DNA of 64,000 nucleotides from Corallococcus exiguus (GTDB lineage Bacteria; Myxococcota; Myxococcia; Myxococcales; Myxococcaceae): NCBI RefSeq assembly GCF_009909105.1, contig NZ_JAAAPK010000002.1, positions 285,827 to 349,826 of the forward strand, read 5' to 3'. Shown piece by piece: positions 57,259 to 64,000 of this stretch (position 1 is its first letter; each line of letters starts with the position of its first letter). The notes under the pieces were generated by a model. It saw only the letters and a program-made list of their open reading frames with translations, ran no database searches and was not told where the DNA came from. The position numbers and the translations under genes were made by a program.

Positions 57259-58664
57259 TGGAGACGAAGTTCCTCCTCTTCCTGGGCCTGTGTGCGGTCG
57301 TCATTCCCGCCGGGATTCACGCCGTCGGGAGGTCCGAACGCCTGAAGCACCTCTGCGTCATCCTGCTCGTCTGGGGCACCACCCACGCCTCGGCGGTGTC
57401 CCTCAACTTCTTCAGCCGAGCCTGGTATCGCGGCACCACGCGTGGCTTCGAGTTCAGCTGGCTCGACTTCCTATGGATCTTCCTGTGGGTGGACGAGCTG
57501 CGGCACCGCAAGCCAGGCCAGCGGCGCGAGTGGCCCCACGGGCTGGCCATCATGGGAGTGTTCCTCGCGTACAACGCGGTGAACGTCCTGCTCTCCGAGC
57601 CCCGGTTGTTCGGCCTGTTCGAGCTGTCGAAGATGTTCCGCGCCATCATGGTGTACGTGACGATCGCGGCCTGCGTGAAGAACGAGCGGGACCTCCGGCG
57701 CCTCGTCGCGGCGCTGGCCATCACGGTCATCTACGAGTGCTTCTGGGTGATCCACTCCCGGGTCGTGTTGGGGCACAGCCGGGCGGACGGGACGCTGTTC
57801 CACCCGAACACCGTGTCGATGTTCAACCTCATCGCGGTCCCGGTGCTGCTCGCGGTCGCGCTCTCGGACGTAGGGCCACGCCTCAAACGTCTGTGCGGCG
57901 TGGCCACCTTCCTGGGCTCCATCTCGGTGCTGTGCACCGTGTCGCGAGCGGGACTGGTTTCGCTAGGACTGCTCCTGGTGGCGGTGGCCTTGACGTGTGG
58001 GGCGTTGAAGCCAACGCCGAAGACAGCAGGGGTGGCGCTCCTGCTGTTGCTCGCGGCCATTCCCGTGGGCCTCAAGCTGGCACCGGCCTTCCAGGCCCGC
58101 TTCGATTCCGAAGGAGGACTCTCCAGTGAGTTCGGGGGCAAGGAGCACGAAGGGCGCGGCGCCTACGTCCACCTCGCCCGGTTGATGCAAGAGGACCATG
58201 TCTTCGGAGTCGGGCTGAACAACTGGTCCTACGCGGTGTCCAACCAGTACGGCCGGATGATCGGCTTCGGTTACATCCCCTACACCGGCACGGAGGAAGC
58301 ACCGCCCAAGGGCCCCATCCCGGCGGGCTCGAACGTGGACGCGGCCCAGGCCCCCCCGGGACACAGCCTGTATCTCATCACGCTGGGAGAGACAGGCTGG
58401 CCCGGGGTCATCCTCTTCGCGGCGGTCTGGCTGAGCTGGTTCAAGATGGGAGCCAGCTTCTTCCTCAAGCGTTCGCCCGCGCTGCGCTCACGCTTCGGAG
58501 TCGGAGTCTTCTTCGGACTGCTGGGCGCCTTCGCCCAGAGCTTCTCCGAATGGGAGTACCGCCAGACGCCACTGCTCTTCCTGCTGCACATCCTCTTGGG
58601 CGCATTGGCGGCCGTGTACCCGGCCCGTCCGTCGGTGATGGCGAAGCGGGCCTCCGCGACATGA
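57258..58664 (+). CDS. O-antigen ligase / Wzy-like polymerase (multi-TM).
   Basis: At least 10 hydrophobic segments. 'LFHPNTVSMFNLIA' and 'CTVSRAGLVSL' resemble the Wzy_C region. Confidence 0.65.
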   Translation: METKFLLFLGLCAVVIPAGIHAVGRSERLKHLCVILLVWGTTHASAVSLNFFSRAWYRGTTRGFEFSWLDFLWIFLWVDELRHRKPGQRREWPHGLAIMGVFLAYNAVNVLLSEPRLFGLFELSKMFRAIMVYVTIAACVKNERDLRRLVAALAITVIYECFWVIHSRVVLGHSRADGTLFHPNTVSMFNLIAVPVLLAVALSDVGPRLKRLCGVATFLGSISVLCTVSRAGLVSLGLLLVAVALTCGALKPTPKTAGVALLLLLAAIPVGLKLAPAFQARFDSEGGLSSEFGGKEHEGRGAYVHLARLMQEDHVFGVGLNNWSYAVSNQYGRMIGFGYIPYTGTEEAPPKGPIPAGSNVDAAQAPPGHSLYLITLGETGWPGVILFAAVWLSWFKMGASFFLKRSPALRSRFGVGVFFGLLGAFAQSFSEWEYRQTPLLFLLHILLGALAAVYPARPSVMAKRASAT

Positions 58665-58691
58665 CGGCTCCGTGTTGGAGCATGGAGCCGT
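58664..58691. terminator. Hairpin ACGGCTCC-N12-GGAGCCGT between the convergent wzy-like gene and the kelch lipoprotein gene.
   Basis: 8-bp perfect inverted repeat, read from the sequence. Confidence 0.45.
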
Positions 58692-58707
58692 CAGCGCGGG
58701 ATGGCTC

Positions 58708-61700
58708 CTACAGGCACACCCACTGGTATCTGGGGCTGCTGCCGACGGCACAAGCAGAGCCCAGCTGTGCGCAGGGTCCATCCGGGGAGAAGTTGTTGCA
58801 GTTGACGGTCCGGCAGGCGCGGGAGCCATCGTCGCACGTACCCGTGTTGACCCATCTCGCACCGGAACTGACGCACGTTCCGCCGCTGCACGTCTGGCCA
58901 CTGCCACAGGTCTGGACATCGGTGACGACTGTGCCAATACAGCCGCCGCCGGCGATGCAAAGGCCGCTGGTGATCCTCTGAATGGTGTTGCCGCTGCAGG
59001 TGTAGACGTCATAGGGCGTGCACGTCGTGACGTCGGTGGTGGCGGAGGAACCATTGCAGCCATTGCCAAGGCAAATGCCTCGGGTGGTCTTCTGAACGGT
59101 GTTGCCGTTGCAGGTGTAGGTGTCCACGGGCGAGCACGTCCTGACGTTGGTGGTGCTGCTGCCACCGCAGCCGCTGCCGCTACAGAGGCCGTTGGTGGTC
59201 TTCTGGACGGTGTTGCCGTTGCAAGAGTAGGTGTCGAAGGGGGAGCACGTCGTGACGTTGGTGGTGGTGCTGCCACCGCATCCACCACCGCTGCAGAAGC
59301 CGCTGGTGGTCTTCTGGACGGTGTTGCCGCTGCACGAATAGCTGTCCACCGGGGAGCACGTCTGGACGGCGGTGTCCGTGGAGCCGCAGGAGCCGCCGCT
59401 GCAACCGGTGCCGGTGGTCCTGCGGACGGTGTTGCCGCTGCAGTAGTCGTTGCTCGCGGTGGAGCACGTCTGGACGAGGGTGTCGGTGGAGCCGCAGTTG
59501 CCGCCGCTGCAACCGGTGCCGGTGAGCTTCCGGACGGTGTTGCCGCTGCAGTAGTTGCTGCTGGAGGTGGAGCACGACTCGATGAGTTGCTGGGAGGATG
59601 TGCAGGCCCCGTTGGAGCAGCCGCCGTAGACAGTCTCGTAGGCGCCGTTGCCGCTGCAGTAGGGTCCGCTGCTGCCGGTCTGGCATGTCTGCACGAGGAC
59701 GTCGGTGGACTGGCAGGAGCCGCCGCTGCAGGTGCCAGTGCCAGTGGTCCGCCGGATGTCATTGCCGCTGCAGTAGTTGTTGCTGGCGGTGCTGCAACTC
59801 AGGGGGGAGCCGCCACAGGAGCCCGCACCGTTGCAGACATCGCCCGTCGTGCACGAGTTGCTGTCATCGCAGCTGGCGCCCGCGGCCTTCGGCACATAGG
59901 AGCAGGTGCCGTTTGTGCAGGTGCCTGCGGACTGGTAGCACTGATTGGGAGGGTTGTTGCAGCTCAGTTCCGAGCCGCGACAGATGCCCGCACCGTCGCA
60001 GACGTCGCTCGTCGTACACGAGTTACTGTCATCGCAGAGGGTGCCCGCGGCCTTCGGCGGGTAGGTGCACGCTCCGTTGGAGTACGTGCCCGGGGAGCCA
60101 TGGCAGGCGTCCGGCGGTGTCGTGCAGGCCGGCACTCCGGCGCAGACGCCCGCTCCGCTGCACACGTCGTTGATGGTGCCCCCATTGTTGTCATCACAAG
60201 CCGTGCCCGCCGCCTTCGGAGCATACGTGCACGCCCCGTCGCTGCACGTCCCCGCCAACTCGAAGCACTGGCTCGGCGGGCTGTTGCAGCCCATGGGCGT
60301 GCCTGAGCATCCGCCCGCCCCATTGCACGTCTCGCCCACCGTGCACGCATCCCCGTCGTCACACGCGGCGCCCGTCGCCTTGTACGAGTAGGAGCACGTC
60401 CCCTCGCTGCACGTTCCCGCCGTCTCATAGCACTGCCCCGGAGGACTGCCGCACTGGGTGGCACTTCCCGCGCAAACCCCCGCGCCGTTGCACGCGTCCG
60501 CGGTGGTGCACGTATCCCCATCGTCGCAGGTGACTCCAACGGCCTTCGGCGCATAGCTGCACACCCCATTGCCACACGTCCCCGTCGCCTCGTAGCAGGG
60601 CCCTGGTGCGCTGTTACAGGTCACCCAGGTGCACGCGTCGTAGCCATACAGCTCCGCCGTCTTCAGGCTCGTGCCGCTGGAGCCCAGGCCGCCCACCACC
60701 AGCACCTTGCCCTGCGCCCCCAGCGACACCGCCACATGCGAATACCGAGCACCGACCATGGGAGTCGCCGCGCTCCATTGCCGGGTGACAGGGTCGTACA
60801 CCTCCGTGCTCGCGAGTGCGGCCGTCGCGGCGCTGCCAAACATTCCGCCAGTCACCAGCACATGTCCCGTGCTCAGCAGGGTGGCGGTGTGCAACTCCCT
60901 GGCCGTGCCCAGCGCGCCCGTCGCACTCCACTGTCCGGTGCTCGGGTCATACTCCTCGGCCGTCACCAGCAGGCCGGTGCCGTTGCGGCCACCCACCACC
61001 AGCACCTTGCCCGAAGGCAGAAGCGTCGCCGTGTGGTTGTAGCGCGCCGCCGCCAGGCTGCCCGTCGCCGCCCAGGTGTTGCTTGTAGGGTTGTACACCT
61101 CCGCCGACGCGAGGCTCATGCTCTCTACGCCGCCCGCCACCAGCACCTGGCCCGAAGGCAGCAGCGTCGCCGTATGGTTGCGACGCGGCACGCCCAGATT
61201 GGGGCCGGCACTCCAGCTTCCGGAGGCCGGGTCATACAGGTCCACCTTGAAGTAGGCCCCCGTATTGTTTCCACCGCCGGCCACCAGCACCTTGCCCGAG
61301 GGCAGCACCGTCGCCGTCACGGCAGCCCGAGCCACGCCCGTGGCGAAGCTCCCCGCGGAGGCCCATGTATTCGTGGCGGGGGAATACACCGCCGCGGAAG
61401 CCAGGCGGCCCGTCGCATTCTCTCCGCCCACCACGAGCACATTGCCCGAAGGCAGCAGCGTCAGGGCGTGGATCTGCCGGGCCTCCGGCATGGACGCGGC
61501 CGCCGTCCAGGAGCCCGTCGCGGGGTCGAAGAGGGTGGAGGAGGAGAGATAGCCACTGGCGTTGTAACCGCCCGTCACCAGCACCTTGCCAGACGGCAGC
61601 GCGACGCCTGCGTGGTACTTGCGAGCCTCCGCCATGGGCGCGGTCTCGGTCCACCCCTCTACCGTCAGTGGCGAAGCCTGGTGAGCCAGCGTCTTCTCTT

Positions 61701-61779
61701 CCGGTGGTTTGCTACTACAGCCCACGACGACACAGACCAGCCCCAACAGCAGAGCCCTGCTGACTCTCCACGCGTCCAT
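58708..61779 (-). CDS. Secreted lipoprotein (1023 aa): N-terminal kelch-repeat beta-propeller, Myxococcus-type cysteine-rich repeats, and a ~37-aa 'CSGG.CGSTD..VQTC.T.S..YCSGN.VR' repeat array.
   Basis: Lipobox 'LVCVVVGCSS'. Kelch 'SGKVLVTGGYN' units. 'CDDG.ACT.GD.CNGAG.C.G...C' units. Tandem Cys repeats. Confidence 0.75.
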   Translation of the reverse strand: MDAWRVSRALLLGLVCVVVGCSSKPPEEKTLAHQASPLTVEGWTETAPMAEARKYHAGVALPSGKVLVTGGYNASGYLSSSTLFDPATGSWTAAASMPEARQIHALTLLPSGNVLVVGGENATGRLASAAVYSPATNTWASAGSFATGVARAAVTATVLPSGKVLVAGGGNNTGAYFKVDLYDPASGSWSAGPNLGVPRRNHTATLLPSGQVLVAGGVESMSLASAEVYNPTSNTWAATGSLAAARYNHTATLLPSGKVLVVGGRNGTGLLVTAEEYDPSTGQWSATGALGTARELHTATLLSTGHVLVTGGMFGSAATAALASTEVYDPVTRQWSAATPMVGARYSHVAVSLGAQGKVLVVGGLGSSGTSLKTAELYGYDACTWVTCNSAPGPCYEATGTCGNGVCSYAPKAVGVTCDDGDTCTTADACNGAGVCAGSATQCGSPPGQCYETAGTCSEGTCSYSYKATGAACDDGDACTVGETCNGAGGCSGTPMGCNSPPSQCFELAGTCSDGACTYAPKAAGTACDDNNGGTINDVCSGAGVCAGVPACTTPPDACHGSPGTYSNGACTYPPKAAGTLCDDSNSCTTSDVCDGAGICRGSELSCNNPPNQCYQSAGTCTNGTCSYVPKAAGASCDDSNSCTTGDVCNGAGSCGGSPLSCSTASNNYCSGNDIRRTTGTGTCSGGSCQSTDVLVQTCQTGSSGPYCSGNGAYETVYGGCSNGACTSSQQLIESCSTSSSNYCSGNTVRKLTGTGCSGGNCGSTDTLVQTCSTASNDYCSGNTVRRTTGTGCSGGSCGSTDTAVQTCSPVDSYSCSGNTVQKTTSGFCSGGGCGGSTTTNVTTCSPFDTYSCNGNTVQKTTNGLCSGSGCGGSSTTNVRTCSPVDTYTCNGNTVQKTTRGICLGNGCNGSSATTDVTTCTPYDVYTCSGNTIQRITSGLCIAGGGCIGTVVTDVQTCGSGQTCSGGTCVSSGARWVNTGTCDDGSRACRTVNCNNFSPDGPCAQLGSACAVGSSPRYQWVCL
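59180..60290. repeat. About 1.1-kb segment duplicated at 62290-64000 (roughly 85-90% nucleotide identity). Internal ~110-150-bp tandem repeat units.
   Basis: By-eye alignment, e.g. 60001-60290 against 63721-64000. Confidence 0.7.
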
Positions 61780-62008
61780 GACAACTCCAGGGAATGGAGG
61801 CGCACAGAGGGGCCTCCATGAAATTTGGTTTAGCCCGCCAGCATGGCGATCCGCTTTTGAAACACAATCATTTCGCCATGCGGCCGACGCTCTACATGAG
61901 ATCGTGCATTGGCCCCAATCACGACCATGGAGTCGTCCCCTGCGAGCCGGGTGTCGACAGACTCATCCACGCCGAGCTCTTGGGCGCCGCGGAGCACCCC
62001 GTCGAGGC

Positions 62009-62082
62009 GAAGCCTCCGTGCGTTGGGGGCGCACGGAGGCTTCCACGCTGAATTCAACAGGTGTGAGTGGGCGGACTGCTAC
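62009..62082. terminator. Two consecutive strong hairpins downstream of the paralog gene: a 14-bp stem GAAGCCTCCGTGCG...CGCACGGAGGCTTC and an 8-bp stem GTGTGAGT-N12-ACTCACAC.
   Basis: Read from the sequence. Confidence 0.5.
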
Positions 62083-62094
62083 TCACACATTCAT

Positions 62095-64000
62095 TCAGTA
62101 CGGTGCGCACTTCCATTCGTTACGACCGGTGGGACCGCCGTAAGCGAAGCAGGTGGAACCCACCGGCCTGCAGTCCTGACCGTCCGGGTTGACGGGGGGC
62201 CAGCATTCATTGGATGGGCACCGCGTGCTGCACGAACCCACCAACTGCCAGAGCCCATCGTTGGAAACGCATGCGCCGTCGCTGCACATCTCGAACTGGC
62301 TGTTGCACGTCTGGACCAGGGTGTCCGTGGAGCCGCAGGTACCACTGCCGCTGCAACCCGTGCCAGTCGTCCTCCGGACGGTGTTGCCGCTGCAGTAGGT
62401 CGTGCTCGCGGTGGAGCACGTCTGGACCAAGGTGTCGCTGGAGCCACAGTTGCCACCGCTACAGCCGGTGCCAGTGGTCCTCCGCACGTTATTGCCGCTG
62501 CAATAGGTCGTGCTCGCGGTGGAGCACGTCTGGACGAAGGAGTCGGAGGACCCGCAGGAGCCGCCGCTGCAACCGGTGCCGGTGCTCTTCCGCACATCAT
62601 TGCCGCTGCAGTAGTTCGTGCTCGTGGTGGAGCACGTCTGGACGAGCTGCTGGCTGGACGAGCAGGAGCCTCCGCTGCAGCCGCCATTGACGGTCTGGTA
62701 GACGCTGTTGCCGCTGCAGAATGGGCTGCTGGTGCCCGTCGCGCACGTCTGGACGAGCGTGTCGGTGACGCCACAGGAGCCACCGCTGCAACCGGTGTAG
62801 GAGGTCTTCCGGACGGTGTTGCCGCTGCAGTAGTTGCTGCTCCCGGTGGCGCAGTTCTGGACGACGGTGTCGGTGGAGCCGCAGGAGCCGCCGCTGCATC
62901 CAGTGCCGGTCAGCTTCCGGACGGTGTTGCCGCTGCAGTAGTTGCTGCTGGAGGTGGAGCACGACTCGATGAGCTGCTGGGTGGACGTGCATGCACCGTT
63001 GGAGCAGCCGCCGTAAACGGTCTGGTAGGCACCATTGCCGCTGCAGAAGGGGCCGCTGGTGCCTGTCTGGCACGACTGCACGAGGACGTCGGTGGACTGG
63101 CAGGAGCCACCGCTGCAGGTGCCCGTGCCGGTGGTCTTCCGGACGTCATTTCCGCTGCAGTAATTGGTGCTCGCGGTGCTGCAACTCAGCGCCGTGCCGC
63201 CGCAGGTGCCGGAGCCATTGCACACGTCACCCGTCGTGCACGCGTTGCTGTCATCGCAGCTGGCGCCCGAGGACTTCGGCACGTAGGAACAGGTGCCGTT
63301 GGAGCAGGTGCCGGCGGACTGGTAGCACTGATTGGGCGGGCTGTTGCAGCTCAGCGCCGAGCCGCCACAGGTGCCGGTACCGTTGCAGACGTCGCCGGTC
63401 GTGCACGCATTGCCGTCATTGCAGCTGGCCCCCGAGGCTTTCGGCACATAGGAGCAGGTGCCGTTGGAGCAGGTTCCCGCCGCCTCGTAGCACTGGCTGG
63501 GCGGGCTGTTGCAGCTCAGCTCCGAGCCGCCGCAAGTACCGGCCCCGTTGCAGATGTCGCCCGTCGTGCACGCGTTGCCGTCATCACAGATCGCACCCAA
63601 GGACTTCGGCGCATAGCTGCAAGTGCCGTTGGAGCAGGTGCCGGCGGCCTGGTGGCACTGGCTGGGAGGGCTGTTGCAGCTCAGGGCCGCACCACCGCAC
63701 GTGCCAGCACCGTTGCAGACATCGCCCGTCGTGCAGGCGTTGCCATCATCGCAGAGGGTGCCCGTGGCCTTCGGCGGGTAGGTGCACGCTCCGTTGGAGT
63801 AGGTGCCCGGCAAGCCATGGCAGGCATCCGGCGGCGTCGTGCAGGCCGGGACGCCCGCGCAGACGCCTGCTCCGCTGCACACGTCGTTGATGGTGCCGCC
63901 ATTGCCGTCATCACAGGCCGTGCCCGCCGCCTTCGGCGCATAGGAGCACGCGCCCTCACTGCACGTCCCCGCTGCCTCGAAGCACTGGCTCGGAGGGCTG
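62095..64000 (-). CDS. Paralog of the 58708-61779 lipoprotein, 3'-portion only (the gene continues beyond the window end). Contains the same two Cys-rich repeat families.
   Basis: Protein nearly identical to the upstream paralog over long stretches. Open frame to the window edge. Confidence 0.7.
   Translation of the reverse strand, partial: SPPSQCFEAAGTCSEGACSYAPKAAGTACDDGNGGTINDVCSGAGVCAGVPACTTPPDACHGLPGTYSNGACTYPPKATGTLCDDGNACTTGDVCNGAGTCGGAALSCNSPPSQCHQAAGTCSNGTCSYAPKSLGAICDDGNACTTGDICNGAGTCGGSELSCNSPPSQCYEAAGTCSNGTCSYVPKASGASCNDGNACTTGDVCNGTGTCGGSALSCNSPPNQCYQSAGTCSNGTCSYVPKSSGASCDDSNACTTGDVCNGSGTCGGTALSCSTASTNYCSGNDVRKTTGTGTCSGGSCQSTDVLVQSCQTGTSGPFCSGNGAYQTVYGGCSNGACTSTQQLIESCSTSSSNYCSGNTVRKLTGTGCSGGSCGSTDTVVQNCATGSSNYCSGNTVRKTSYTGCSGGSCGVTDTLVQTCATGTSSPFCSGNSVYQTVNGGCSGGSCSSSQQLVQTCSTTSTNYCSGNDVRKSTGTGCSGGSCGSSDSFVQTCSTASTTYCSGNNVRRTTGTGCSGGNCGSSDTLVQTCSTASTTYCSGNTVRRTTGTGCSGSGTCGSTDTLVQTCNSQFEMCSDGACVSNDGLWQLVGSCSTRCPSNECWPPVNPDGQDCRPVGSTCFAYGGPTGRNEWKCAPY

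Noticed and set aside
58488-60306. ORFs 58488-59762 (minus) and 58672-60306 (plus), Ala/Pro/Gly-rich
   Set aside because: Off-frame or antisense translations of the Cys-rich repeat gene. The real frame gives Cys/Gly/Thr repeats with a lipoprotein signal.
60736-63890. Plus-strand ORFs 60736-61821 and 62991-63890
   Set aside because: Antisense of the kelch/Cys-repeat genes.

Overview
This is a ~70% GC window, probably from a myxobacterium (Myxococcus/Corallococcus-like). That inference rests on the Myxococcus-type cysteine-rich repeat lipoproteins, the STPK/ECF/NtrC regulators and the codon bias. The window has three parts.

(A) 1–32.3 kb: two convergent operons that together look like a phage-derived, possibly contractile-injection-like, secretion/effector system.
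- The plus-strand operon has at least 11 genes, almost all joined by ATGA/GTGA start/stop overlaps.
- It contains a partial gene of at least 1072 aa with kelch and beta-helix features, a 2535-aa mosaic giant, and an unmistakable phage baseplate spike (gpV/gp5 OB-fold plus beta-helix), followed by six unrecognisable proteins.
- The converging minus-strand operon encodes a classic AAA+ ATPase with the N-extension/C-AAA layout of eCIS Afp15-type ATPases.
- Directly downstream is a 2670-aa protein carrying at least four clear annexin repeats, a glycine-zipper/TM block and a C-terminal HExxH (DUF4157-like) motif.
- A zinc-ribbon protein, an unknown 256-aa protein and a HEAT + formylglycine-generating-enzyme-like protein follow.
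- No sheath, tube, integrase or transposase lies inside the window; structural genes may sit upstream of position 1.

(B) 32.3–39.5 kb: flavin reductase, Fe/Mn superoxide dismutase, an ECF-type sigma factor next to a Ser/Thr kinase with an N-terminal anti-sigma zinc finger and a C-terminal beta-propeller, an NHL/SGL lipoprotein, and serC.

(C) 39.5–58.7 kb: a Wzx/Wzy-dependent polysaccharide (EPS-like) locus.
- It contains a flippase, a Wzy-like polymerase, a PCP, GT2/GT4/WecB glycosyltransferases, an acetyltransferase, an LmbE deacetylase and an embedded NtrC-family sigma54 activator.
- Its promoter regions carry recurring GTCTC-N3-5-GAGAC palindromes and GGATGTCTC/GGGAATGG motifs.

The window ends with two tandem paralogous kelch + cysteine-rich-repeat lipoprotein genes (about 90% nucleotide identity over about 1 kb) flanked by strong hairpins.

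All calls were made by eye from the ORF translations and the raw sequence. No database search was possible. Manually derived motif coordinates may be off by 1–3 nt. Many long antisense ORFs are high-GC artefacts.
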